From contig CAUJCO010000013.1 of the NCBI GenBank assembly GCA_963169645.1, positions 469,923 through 533,922 on the forward strand: a DNA stretch of 64,000 nt, given 5' to 3'. The notes beneath the pieces are model-generated. The model did no database searches, was not told the origin of the DNA, and was given only the letters and a program-made list of their open reading frames with translations. Below are positions 30,728-40,440 of the stretch, piece by piece. The stretch's first letter is position 1, and every line of letters starts with the position of its first letter. The position numbers were made by a program, and so were the translations under genes. The stretch comes from Bacteroidota bacterium. Its GTDB lineage: Bacteria > Bacteroidota > Bacteroidia > Chitinophagales > JADIYW01.

Positions 30728-32143
30728 ATGCTAAAATATATTTTAAAGAGGATTGTACTTTTTATTCCAACGTTATTTATCATTTCGTTGCTCACATTCT
30801 TTTTAAGCACCAGTGTTCCGGGCGATCCGGTGGAGCAAATGCTCAACTCCAACAGCGAAATGGGAAGTTCTGCAAAAGCGGTAGCTGCCGAAAAAGCATA
30901 CATTGCTAAAAGAAAACAATTAGGCTTAGACCTACCAACTTTTTATTTCAGTATCTCTAACCAAGCTACTCCAAAGGATTTATTTGTGATACCAAAAAAA
31001 TTCCACAGAGAAAATTTAGCTAAATTGATAAAACAATATGGTAATTGGAATGAGATTAGTGCCTATTATAAAGCACTTAGAAATTTAGAAATAAATACCG
31101 GCAGTGTAATTACAGATTCTTCCAATGCCGATGCATTAATTGATATTAAAGCCGGTATTCAAGAAATATTAATTGAATCGGAAAATCAATCCATACAATT
31201 CAACCTAAATAAAATTGAAAAATTAGCTGTTACCACGGGATTGCCAGCCTTAGCAACAGAAATTACAAACACAAAAAATTTATATGCATCCGTAGTAAGC
31301 AAAGCAACTACTTATAAAAATTACATTCCTGCAATTCATTGGTATGGCATTAATAACCAATACCATCAATGGATAACAAAATTTATGGTCGGTGATTTCG
31401 GCATTTCTTATCAAGATGAAAAGCCGGTAAAAACTGTAATTTGGGAAGCTGTACGCTGGACTGTTTTATTAAGTTTTATTTCCATTTTTCTTACGTATTT
31501 AATTGCTATTCCTTTAGGTATAGTATCCGCTGCCAACAAAGGAAATATTAAAGACCAGACCATCTCTACGTCTTTATTCATTTTATACTCATTGCCAAGT
31601 TTTTGGGTAGCAACTTTATTAATTATGTTTTTTGGCGGTGGTGATTTCCTTAATCTTTTTCCATCATTCGGTGTACCACAACCGACTGAAAATATGACTT
31701 TTTGGGGCAAATTTTTCAACTATGTATGGCATTTAACCTTGCCCGTTATTTGCTACACGTATGGCGGATTGGCTTTTATTTCCAGACAAATGCGTGGTGC
31801 CATGGTAAACTCTTTATCGCAAGACTATATCCGCACGGCTCGTGCAAAAGGTTTAAATGAAGAAGTGGTTTTATGGAAACATGCCATCAAAAACTCTTTA
31901 TTGCCAATCATCACTTTATTTGCCAATGTGTTTCCGTTGGCCATCAGCGGTTCTGTTGTGTTAGAATTGATATTCTCCATACCGGGCATGGGAAAAACCG
32001 CTTATGAAGCTTTAGTTGCCAGAAACTATCCTATAGTATATACTGTAGTCATGTTTTCTGCTATTCTTACTTTAATCGGATATTTAGTTGCAGATATTTT
32101 ATATGCTGTGGTAGATCCAAGAATTTCTTACAATAAAAAATAA
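30728..32143 (+). CDS. ABC transporter permease (DppB/OppB-like) with an enlarged extracytoplasmic loop
   Basis: N-terminal MLKYILKRIVLFIPTLFIISLLTFFL and GDPV are typical of DppB. EAA-type loop SQDYIRTARAKGL. About 150 extra aa lie between TM1 and TM2. Confidence 0.85.
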   Translation: MLKYILKRIVLFIPTLFIISLLTFFLSTSVPGDPVEQMLNSNSEMGSSAKAVAAEKAYIAKRKQLGLDLPTFYFSISNQATPKDLFVIPKKFHRENLAKLIKQYGNWNEISAYYKALRNLEINTGSVITDSSNADALIDIKAGIQEILIESENQSIQFNLNKIEKLAVTTGLPALATEITNTKNLYASVVSKATTYKNYIPAIHWYGINNQYHQWITKFMVGDFGISYQDEKPVKTVIWEAVRWTVLLSFISIFLTYLIAIPLGIVSAANKGNIKDQTISTSLFILYSLPSFWVATLLIMFFGGGDFLNLFPSFGVPQPTENMTFWGKFFNYVWHLTLPVICYTYGGLAFISRQMRGAMVNSLSQDYIRTARAKGLNEEVVLWKHAIKNSLLPIITLFANVFPLAISGSVVLELIFSIPGMGKTAYEALVARNYPIVYTVVMFSAILTLIGYLVADILYAVVDPRISYNKK

Positions 32144-32148
32144 ATACA

Positions 32149-33384
32149 TTGAGCACAAATCCTGAAATAAAACAAGATTATTGGTCGTATGTAAAACGGC
32201 AATTTAGGAAAAATAAACGAGCTTTGTTTTCCTTGTATTTGATACTATTCATGTCATTTATTGCATTATTTGCTGATTTTATTGCCAACGAGAAACCCAT
32301 TGTTTGTAAGTATCAGGGCAAAGTATATTTTCCCATTTTAAAAGAATACGCCGTAAAACTAAAACTCGCCAAATTTGCTCCGGAATTAAATAATATAGAT
32401 TGGGCAGATGTCGACTACGATTTTGTATTAAGAGCACCGATTCCGTACTCACCTACAACGCAAGATATTTTAAACTTCGGATTTGTATCACCATTTGGCA
32501 AACAAGATGTGCCTTCTGTTCGATGGAGACATTGGTTAGGAACGGAAGGCATTGGACGTGATATTTTATCAGCCTTGATACATGGAACTCGCATAGCTTT
32601 TATTATTGGTTTAATAGCTATGTCTATTGCGAGTATCATTGGTATTTTATTGGGTTCATTAGCCGGTTTTTTTGGTGATACCGGCATCCGTATTTCCAGA
32701 GCCGCTTTTTTAGTGGGATGCATCTTTGTGTTTTTGGGTTTATTTTATTTTAATGCTGTTGATGGTTTATTTATGGGTATTTTGGCATTTCTTGCCTGTA
32801 TGTTTATTGCGTATGTAGTATCCAGACCATTAAAATTAATCCCATTTTTAAAACCAAAAATGAATATTCCGGTAGATATTATTGTGCAACGCATGATTGA
32901 AGTTTTGGTATCTATTCCACGTTTATTTTTAATTATTGCTGTGGTTGCTATTTCCAAGCCGAGTATCTTTTTAGTGATGGTAGTAATCGGGTTAACTTCT
33001 TGGACAGAGATAGCTCGTTTTATTCGAGCAGAATTATTGCGTATTCGCAATTTAGAATACATCGAAGCATCGGAAGCCTTGGGTTTTCCGCGTTGGAGAA
33101 TCTTATTCAAACATGCTATTCCAAATGCTTTGTCGCCGGTATTAATTACTATTGCATTCGGAATTGCAGCTGCCATACTAACAGAGTCGTTTTTATCGTT
33201 TATAGGGTTAGGTATTCCGCCGGAAACATTAACATGGGGAAAATTGTTATCCTTAGCACAAGGCGGAAAATCACAACTTTGGGTAGCCATCTTTCCGGGT
33301 TTTGCCATCTTCTTAACGGTTACATTGTTTAACTTAATTGGAGAAGGTTTGACAGATGCATTAGACCCCCGACAAAAAAAATAA
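32149..33384 (+). CDS. ABC transporter permease (DppC/OppC-like)
   Basis: HWLGTEGIGRDILS motif, EAA loop YIEASEALGF, C-terminal GEGLTDALDPR. TTG start. Confidence 0.85.
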   Translation: MSTNPEIKQDYWSYVKRQFRKNKRALFSLYLILFMSFIALFADFIANEKPIVCKYQGKVYFPILKEYAVKLKLAKFAPELNNIDWADVDYDFVLRAPIPYSPTTQDILNFGFVSPFGKQDVPSVRWRHWLGTEGIGRDILSALIHGTRIAFIIGLIAMSIASIIGILLGSLAGFFGDTGIRISRAAFLVGCIFVFLGLFYFNAVDGLFMGILAFLACMFIAYVVSRPLKLIPFLKPKMNIPVDIIVQRMIEVLVSIPRLFLIIAVVAISKPSIFLVMVVIGLTSWTEIARFIRAELLRIRNLEYIEASEALGFPRWRILFKHAIPNALSPVLITIAFGIAAAILTESFLSFIGLGIPPETLTWGKLLSLAQGGKSQLWVAIFPGFAIFLTVTLFNLIGEGLTDALDPRQKK

Positions 33385-33385
33385 A

Positions 33386-34900
33386 ATGAAAACTACGTAT
33401 AAAGCAATACACCATAAGCAGCTTTCAAGAAACCAATTTCTTAAATACTTACTTTGTGGTATTTTACTTTTTCCGTTTTCCCTTTTTGCACAAACTATCA
33501 CCAAATCTATAGCAGAAAAAGTAGCCAGTCGTTTTTCCGATTATGAAATAATCGGGAAAAATAATTTGGGCATTGTAGTGCATTATTTTGGGAATAATGA
33601 GAGTGAATTAGTTACATACAATGCTCAATTAAAAGTGGACAAACGCAAAGAATTGCCATTTAAAGGAAAGGCTGCAACTTTGGAAGATTTGATTTTAATG
33701 AAAGATAAAATTTTGGCATTCTACACAACGGAAGATGACAGAAACCAATATCTAAAATTAAAAGTAATTGATGACAAATTAGATATACCCAACGTGGCGT
33801 ACGTTTTGGATTCTATGCCATTGATAAATATTGGAAAAGGGAAAGTATTTTATGTAAAAACATCACCGGATAAATCCAAGATTTTAACTTTCAATTTATT
33901 GCGTACTAAAAACTCCTATTTTGTTCGTTTTACTATCTTAAACGATTCCATCAAGATTGTAAATAGAAATTTATTTTCCTCTCAAGATGTTTCAAACAGT
34001 ACACTAAAATCTATCAAAATTAATAATGAAGGTAATGTGTTTGCGATAATTGGCACAGAAAATGGAAGCGCCAACAACGATTATCAATTTTCAGCTTATA
34101 CTTCATATACTTTTAACAGAGCAACCAACACGATTGGCGAACAAGTGTTACAACATCCTGATTATGTATTTAAAAATGTACTTACAGAAACCGGAAACAA
34201 TCGAAATATCGGCTATATCGCGGCTTGTTATAAAAACACAAAGAATAAAAACGACATCGGAATTTTTTATCAAATCATTGATTTTAGAACCAACACGGTG
34301 TTGTTAAGCAACAAAATGCCGTTCAATGAAGATGTTTTGAAAAAATATCAAACCAATGAATTTAAAGCATGGCAAGATAAAGCCACATTAGTAAAACCAA
34401 AACGTATCATACCACGTAGCGATGGCGGTTTTGTATTAATTACGGAAGGCGAATACAAATTTACCCGAACCGAAAGAATGGTGGACAATTATTCGTATTA
34501 CAATGCGATGCCATTGGCTTCGTCGCTAAAATATGTGGATCAGAATTTCTTTTATGATATCGGTGTTTTCTCAATAAATGTGGATGGTTCGGTAGATTGG
34601 CAAACCAATATGCCTAAAGCTCAAATTTCTGAAAATGATGATGGTTATTATTCGTCCTTTGCATTTTTTGAGGCCAATAACGTGTTGAAATTTCTATACA
34701 ACGAAGATTTCTATAATATCGGAAATTTTGTTGAATACAATATTAATCCAAACGGATTGGTAAAGCGTGCCAGCGTGCTAAACAGCGAAAAACAAGGCTT
34801 GGTAATGGTGCCACAAAAAGCCAAACAATTAGATGGCAACACCATTATTTTTCCGAGTGAGCAAAAAAGGAATGTACAGTTTGTATTGTTCCAATATTAA
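33386..34900 (+). CDS. hypothetical secreted protein (504 aa)
   Basis: Signal peptide ...LLFPFSLFAQ. It starts 1 nt after the permease stop. Composition suggests a beta-rich fold. No family recognised. Confidence 0.5.
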   Translation: MKTTYKAIHHKQLSRNQFLKYLLCGILLFPFSLFAQTITKSIAEKVASRFSDYEIIGKNNLGIVVHYFGNNESELVTYNAQLKVDKRKELPFKGKAATLEDLILMKDKILAFYTTEDDRNQYLKLKVIDDKLDIPNVAYVLDSMPLINIGKGKVFYVKTSPDKSKILTFNLLRTKNSYFVRFTILNDSIKIVNRNLFSSQDVSNSTLKSIKINNEGNVFAIIGTENGSANNDYQFSAYTSYTFNRATNTIGEQVLQHPDYVFKNVLTETGNNRNIGYIAACYKNTKNKNDIGIFYQIIDFRTNTVLLSNKMPFNEDVLKKYQTNEFKAWQDKATLVKPKRIIPRSDGGFVLITEGEYKFTRTERMVDNYSYYNAMPLASSLKYVDQNFFYDIGVFSINVDGSVDWQTNMPKAQISENDDGYYSSFAFFEANNVLKFLYNEDFYNIGNFVEYNINPNGLVKRASVLNSEKQGLVMVPQKAKQLDGNTIIFPSEQKRNVQFVLFQY

Positions 34901-34956
34901 TTTATAAAAGTAGCCGCAAATAAATTGTAACTTGCATCCAAATTGTGTTATAGAGC

Positions 34957-35925
34957 GTGTTATCCTTTTTTAAATCACAGCAGCCACTTACTTTTGTAGC
35001 GTTCATCTTGTTTTTTATTGCTATAAAAATCCCATTTTTATTTATAACAACACCGGACATTGCACCAATACAAAATTTGTGGGGAATTGGAGCGTTGTTG
35101 AGCAATAATTCGACACTCCATTTTTTATTGGCACAAATCTCGTTGTTAGCACAAGCGTTGTGGTTAAACCGTATGTTTCATCAAGCTGATTACCACGAAG
35201 GCAGCAGTTGGATTCCGGCTATTTATTACGTATTGTTATCCTCTTTGATACCGCAATTCAACGTATTTTCTATGTACACCATTTTAAATTTTATTTTATT
35301 GATGTTGTTTTACACATTCATACACATTACAGCAAAAGAAAATGCACGAATGGAATGTTTTAATGCCGGCGTTTTGGGTGGCTTATTGATAGTTTTAAAT
35401 GTGAATATGGTATTTATTTTCTTGTTCTTATTGTTGATTTTATATGCAATAAAATCATTCCGCTTTAATGATTACATCGTACTGTTTTTTGGGATGATTT
35501 TTCCAATTTATGTAGCATTGGGCATCAGTTATCTCGCCGATTTTTCATTAGATGTAGATGTGTTGCTACCATCTAATTTCTTTTTGCTTACGATACATTA
35601 CCATTTGTTTAATCTTATTTGTTTAATAATGGCGGCTGTATATTTACTATTTTCCTTTATCAGTATGCGTGGTTATTTATACTCTGTTAGTTTTAAACGC
35701 AGAAAAAACCTAAACATGCTCATTTTCTTGTTAATAGGCTTGAGTATTTCTGTTGTTTTTAGCAAAAAATTAGACGAAACTGCTTTTTCATTGTTATTTA
35801 TTCCGGCTACTATTTTCCTGACATTACTTATGTTAAGAATTCGTAAAAAGCGAATTGGTGAAATACTGAATGCTATCTTTGTAATTGTAATTTTTGTTAC
35901 AAATTGGATTCGGGTTTTCAGTTAA
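34957..35925 (+). CDS. hypothetical polytopic membrane protein (322 aa)
   Basis: About 9 hydrophobic segments and no catalytic motif recognised. Confidence 0.5.
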   Translation: MLSFFKSQQPLTFVAFILFFIAIKIPFLFITTPDIAPIQNLWGIGALLSNNSTLHFLLAQISLLAQALWLNRMFHQADYHEGSSWIPAIYYVLLSSLIPQFNVFSMYTILNFILLMLFYTFIHITAKENARMECFNAGVLGGLLIVLNVNMVFIFLFLLLILYAIKSFRFNDYIVLFFGMIFPIYVALGISYLADFSLDVDVLLPSNFFLLTIHYHLFNLICLIMAAVYLLFSFISMRGYLYSVSFKRRKNLNMLIFLLIGLSISVVFSKKLDETAFSLLFIPATIFLTLLMLRIRKKRIGEILNAIFVIVIFVTNWIRVFS

Positions 35926-35984
35926 TTTTACAACTGCAATTATTTGAAATCTGATGCATTTTTTTACTATTTAAAAAAAAGAAT

Positions 35985-36686
35985 ATGAAATTTGGTGTGG
36001 TGGTTTTTCCCGGTTCTAATTGCGATGCGGATGTAATACATGTTTGCAAAGAAGTAATGCAGTGCGAAACACGCGTACTGTGGCACAAAGACACACATTT
36101 ACAAGATTTAACCACGGAAGATTGCATTATGATTCCGGGTGGTTTCTCGTACGGAGATTATCTGAGATGTGGTGCTATTGCCCGTTTTTCACCTATCATG
36201 GAAAAAGTAATAGAACATGCCAACAAGGGTGGTTATGTTTTTGGTATTTGCAATGGATTCCAAGTATTGTGCGAAAGCCATTTGTTGCCGGGTGCTTTAT
36301 TAGCGAATAATCACCAACGTTTTATTTGTCAAAATCAATATTTATTGCCTCAAACAAACAACACGGCACTTACACAACAGCTTGATTTGACAACACCACT
36401 CAACATTCCGATTGCACATGGAGAAGGTCGTTATTTTGCGGATGCCGACACCTTAAAAATGTTAAAACAAAACGATCAGATTTTATTCAAATATTGCGAT
36501 GCTTCCGGAAATATTACAGAAGCAGCTAATCCAAATGGTTCTATAGAAAACATTGCAGGCATTTGTAATGTTAATAGAAACGTATTTGGCATGATGCCAC
36601 ATCCGGAACGCTGTGCCGAGTCGGTGTTGGGTAATGCCGATGGTAAAAAATTATTTGAATCTTTATTGAATCTGGTCTATGGATAA
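35985..36686 (+). CDS. purQ: phosphoribosylformylglycinamidine synthase subunit PurQ (glutaminase)
   Basis: [14 protein letters not shown]. Nucleophile elbow GICNGFQ. HPER catalytic His/Glu motif. Confidence 0.9.
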   Translation: MKFGVVVFPGSNCDADVIHVCKEVMQCETRVLWHKDTHLQDLTTEDCIMIPGGFSYGDYLRCGAIARFSPIMEKVIEHANKGGYVFGICNGFQVLCESHLLPGALLANNHQRFICQNQYLLPQTNNTALTQQLDLTTPLNIPIAHGEGRYFADADTLKMLKQNDQILFKYCDASGNITEAANPNGSIENIAGICNVNRNVFGMMPHPERCAESVLGNADGKKLFESLLNLVYG

Positions 36687-38715
36687 ATTTCAAACAAACT
36701 ACATAACAACTGCAAGCATACTTCCTAAAAATTGGCTGACAAAAATTGTAACCTTAGTCGCACTCTTACTATGCTTTGGATTATTCCCTTTAACAGCTAC
36801 CGCTGCAATGGAACAGCATTTAACTTGGAAAAGCGAAGTAGTTAAAATTTCGGAAAACACTTATAAAGTAAAATTCATTTGCAACTTAGATGACGAATGG
36901 CATACATTCTCTCAATTTACGAGTGAAAATGGGCCTTTGCCTACACAATTTCGTTTTGAAAATAATGCAGCTATCGAATTAATAGGAAAAGTAGAAGAAG
37001 AAGGAAAAAAGAAAACCTACTTCGATGAACTTTTTGGCGTAAAAGTTACCTCGTTTGTTGGGGATGCCATATTTGTGCAAACGGTAAAGATAAAAAATGC
37101 AAATGCTGTTTTAAAAGGTGAATTTGATGGACAAGTTTGCCGTGATGAAGTTGGTTGTATGCCATTTGGACCGGAAAAATTTTCCATCTCTTTCCAACAA
37201 GCATCGGGCAGCACCACCGCAACAACTATTGACACGCTTTCAAAAAACACCACAAACACGGACACACAAGCAACCGCTACAACACCCATCATTACAGATA
37301 GCATCAACCAAAAATTTGATTGGACACACGCTACCAATGCCTGTAGCACCACTGAACAAACAAACAGTGAAAAAGGTTGGCTTTGGATATTCATTGCCGG
37401 ATTCATCGGTGGTTTATTTGCTTTATTAACGCCATGTGTTTTTCCAATGGTGCCACTAACGGTTAGTTATTTTACCAAAGGCGGAAAAGAAAAAAAATCA
37501 GGCATCAGTAAAGCATTAATGTATGGCCTAAGCATTATTGTAATTTATGTTTCATTAGGATTAATCATTACGGAATTATTTGGATCTGATGCCTTAAATG
37601 CAATGAGCACCAATATCTGGTTTAATTTATTATTCTTTGTTGTGTTTGTCATTTTTGCACTTTCCTTTTTTGGTTTGTTTGAAATCACATTACCATCATC
37701 TTGGGCAAATAAAACAGACAGTTTGTCGAGTAAAGGTGGTTATTTAGGTGTCTTTTTTATGGCATTTACGTTAGCATTAGTTTCATTTTCTTGTACCGGG
37801 CCCATTATCGGAACGTTGTTGGTAATGGGTGGTTCATCCTTATTTTTTGGGTTATTAGGTTTTGGTATTGCCTTAGCACTGCCATTCACGTTGTTTGCCA
37901 TGTTCCCGCAATGGCTATCATCATTGCCTAAATCCGGTGGATGGCTAACTACAGTAAAAGTAATTTTAGGGTTTTTGGAATTAGCGTTAGCATTTAAGTT
38001 TTTATCTGTAGTAGATATGACAATGAATTGGGGCATCTTACGTTTTGAACCGTTTATACTTATTTGGATTCTCATTTTTGGGTTATTGTCATTGTATTGT
38101 TTAAATATTTTTTTCAAAACAAAACAAACCAATGTGGTAAAAGCCTTTGGTGTAGCTACTTTGCTTTTTACATTTTATTTAGTGTATGCATTAATTACCT
38201 ACAAACCGGTCAATATTTTAAGTGGAATTATTCCGCCAACAACGTATAATTTTAAATCAGAAAAAGAAACTACCTTCAAACATTTTAAAGATTACGAAGA
38301 AGGAATGGAATATGCGAAAGCACACAACATGCCTGTATTGTTAGACTTCACCGGATTTGGTTGTGTAAATTGCCGAAAAATAGAAGATAAAGTTTGGAGT
38401 GATGTACAAGTGAAACAACGTTTAAAAGCGTATGTCATCATCTCATTATATGTTGATGATAGAAAAGCTTTACCGGAAGATGAATGGTATATTTCTACAT
38501 CAACAGGAAAAGAACGCGAAGTAAAAACAGTGGGACAAAAATGGAGTGCATTCCAAGCAGAGCATTTTAAAACCAACTCACAACCATTGTATGTTTTAAT
38601 TAATACGAAAGAGCAATTACTCAATCAACCGGTGGCGTATGATTTTTCAAAAGATAAAAACAACTATATCCAATTTTTAGATTGTGGTTTAAAGATGAAT
38701 GAGCAATTGAAATAG
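36679..38715 (+). CDS. DsbD-family thiol:disulfide interchange protein (N-domain + CcdA-like membrane core + thioredoxin-like C-domain)
   Basis: TM-core Cys motifs LLTPCVFPMVP and FSCTGPIIG. C-terminal thioredoxin fold with CVNC (FTGFGCVNCR). Overlaps the purQ stop by 8 nt. Confidence 0.8.
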   Translation: MDKFQTNYITTASILPKNWLTKIVTLVALLLCFGLFPLTATAAMEQHLTWKSEVVKISENTYKVKFICNLDDEWHTFSQFTSENGPLPTQFRFENNAAIELIGKVEEEGKKKTYFDELFGVKVTSFVGDAIFVQTVKIKNANAVLKGEFDGQVCRDEVGCMPFGPEKFSISFQQASGSTTATTIDTLSKNTTNTDTQATATTPIITDSINQKFDWTHATNACSTTEQTNSEKGWLWIFIAGFIGGLFALLTPCVFPMVPLTVSYFTKGGKEKKSGISKALMYGLSIIVIYVSLGLIITELFGSDALNAMSTNIWFNLLFFVVFVIFALSFFGLFEITLPSSWANKTDSLSSKGGYLGVFFMAFTLALVSFSCTGPIIGTLLVMGGSSLFFGLLGFGIALALPFTLFAMFPQWLSSLPKSGGWLTTVKVILGFLELALAFKFLSVVDMTMNWGILRFEPFILIWILIFGLLSLYCLNIFFKTKQTNVVKAFGVATLLFTFYLVYALITYKPVNILSGIIPPTTYNFKSEKETTFKHFKDYEEGMEYAKAHNMPVLLDFTGFGCVNCRKIEDKVWSDVQVKQRLKAYVIISLYVDDRKALPEDEWYISTSTGKEREVKTVGQKWSAFQAEHFKTNSQPLYVLINTKEQLLNQPVAYDFSKDKNNYIQFLDCGLKMNEQLK

Positions 38716-38976
38716 AAATAAAAAATCTCAATTATCGGTGAGCATACTAACCGAAAAAACAAATTCTAAAACATCCTAGTAGTGCCTACTGAAAAAGTCG
38801 CTGCGTTGTTTAGATATACAGTGTCCACGACGAGAGACGCTGTTTACAAAGCAGAAAAATGGAAATTTAAACAGTCCCTTTTTTTAACAACAAAGTAAAC
38901 GGAGTTTCTATTTAGATAAGATTTATAAATTTTTATTATTTTATAAAAGTTAGCTGTTTAATTCGTAAACAATCGT

Positions 38977-39024
38977 TTCATTATTTCATTATCATATTGA
39001 TTCATTATTTCATTATTTCATTAC
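38977..39024 (+). repeat. octamer tandem repeat (TTCATTAT): 2 copies, an 8-nt interruption, then 3 copies
   Basis: Read directly: ttcattat ttcattat catattga ttcattat ttcattat ttcattac. It ends at the bshA -7 box. Confidence 0.85.
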
Positions 39025-39032
39025 TACCTTTG
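39025..39032 (+). promoter_or_regulatory. TAnnTTTG -7 promoter box immediately upstream of bshA
   Basis: TACCTTTG ends 7 nt before the ATG at 39040. Confidence 0.4.
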
Positions 39033-39039
39033 CATTGCT

Positions 39040-40179
39040 ATGAATATTGGAATTGTATGTTATCCTACCTTTGGCGGCAGTGGCGTAGTGGCTACTGAGT
39101 TGGGAAAAGGATTGGCACAAAAAGGACATAAAGTGCATTTTGTTACCTACAAAGAACCGGCACGCTTATTAGATACATTTAATGAAAATATCTTTTTTCA
39201 CGAGGTGAGTTTAAATGATTATCCATTATTTGATTATGCACCGTATGAAACAGCATTAGCCAGTAAATTAGTAGATGTGGCACTCAATGCTAAATTAGAT
39301 ATATTTCACGTGCATTATGCCATTCCACATGCTTCTGCAGCTTACATGGCACGGCAAATATTATTACAACAAGGAATAAATGTTCCGGTTATTACCACCT
39401 TGCACGGCACAGATATTACATTGGTTGGAAGAGATGCCACCTATGAACCCGTTGTAACCTATTCCATCAATCAATCGTGTGGCGTAACGGCCGTTTCCGA
39501 AAGTTTAAAGCACGATACTTTTACCAATTTCAAGATTAAAAATGAGATTGAAGTTATTCCTAACTTTATTGATTTTTCCAGATTTAAAAAAAGCAATAAA
39601 GATCATTTTAAAAAAGCCATTGCACCCAATGGCGAAAAAATAATTGTACATACATCTAACTTTAGAAAAGTAAAAAGAGTAGAAGACGTCGTACATGTTT
39701 TTTGCAAGGTTTCAGAAGCCATACCTGCAAAATTATTGATGATTGGAGATGGGCCGGAGCGACAAAATGCTGAAAAATTAGTGCGTTCGTTGTGTTCCAA
39801 TTTAGACGTGCGTTTTTTAGGTAAACAAGAAGCAGTAGAAGAATTATTAGCTATTGCAGATGTGTTTCTATTGCCATCAGAAAGTGAGAGTTTTGGATTG
39901 GCTGCATTAGAAGCGATGGCTTGCGAAGTGCCGGTGGTTTCTTCAAATGCAGGCGGCATTCCGGAAGTAAATATTGATGGAGAAACCGGCTATTTATTAA
40001 ATGTGGGCGATGTAAACGGCATGGCAGAAAAAACACTTTTGCTATTGCAAGACGAAGAGAAAATGGAACTATTCAGAAAGAATGCATTTGCGCAAGCACA
40101 AAAGTTTGATATATCCAATATCTTACCACAATACGAAGCATTTTACGAAAAAATTAAAGCAAGTGGTACTTGCAAATAA
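39040..40179 (+). CDS. bshA: N-acetyl-alpha-D-glucosaminyl L-malate synthase (bacillithiol biosynthesis glycosyltransferase, GT4)
   Basis: The N-terminus MNIGIVCYPTFGGSGVVATELGKGLAQKGHKVHFV is characteristic of BshA. GT4 C-terminal motif ESFGLAALEAMACEVPVV. Confidence 0.8.
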   Translation: MNIGIVCYPTFGGSGVVATELGKGLAQKGHKVHFVTYKEPARLLDTFNENIFFHEVSLNDYPLFDYAPYETALASKLVDVALNAKLDIFHVHYAIPHASAAYMARQILLQQGINVPVITTLHGTDITLVGRDATYEPVVTYSINQSCGVTAVSESLKHDTFTNFKIKNEIEVIPNFIDFSRFKKSNKDHFKKAIAPNGEKIIVHTSNFRKVKRVEDVVHVFCKVSEAIPAKLLMIGDGPERQNAEKLVRSLCSNLDVRFLGKQEAVEELLAIADVFLLPSESESFGLAALEAMACEVPVVSSNAGGIPEVNIDGETGYLLNVGDVNGMAEKTLLLLQDEEKMELFRKNAFAQAQKFDISNILPQYEAFYEKIKASGTCK

Positions 40180-40440
40180 GCCTAAATTTACTTTACGCAC
40201 ATACCACAAATGTGGAATTTTATGCTGAGGCGTTGTGCGGTTTAATTTACTATTCTATTTTCTTTATTTAATTATTTGTCCAATTGAACTTTTTGTCTCT
40301 TTTTTTTCATAGTCGAAAAATAGTCTAAAAATATAAGCTGTTGAATAATTATAATAAACACACATCAAGTCATTTATGAGCTTCCTTTTTTCTAGAGAAT
40401 GATATATATCCGAAGCATTTACCTGTACAAGCTACAAATG

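Noticed and set aside
38977-39024. Could the short tandem repeats be a CRISPR array?
   Set aside because: The unit is only 8 nt and has no unique spacers of 25-40 nt. There are no cas genes in the window. It is a microsatellite-like promoter repeat, which I report as such.
40185-40260. Nested hairpins after bshA (cgcaca...ccacaaatgtgg...tgtgcg) flanked by aatttact direct repeats, considered as a possible sRNA or miniature element
   Set aside because: The simplest explanation is the bshA 3' terminator region, a structured stem followed by T-rich sequence. There are no terminal inverted repeats, no target-site duplication beyond a 7-8 nt AT-rich match, and no second copy in the window.
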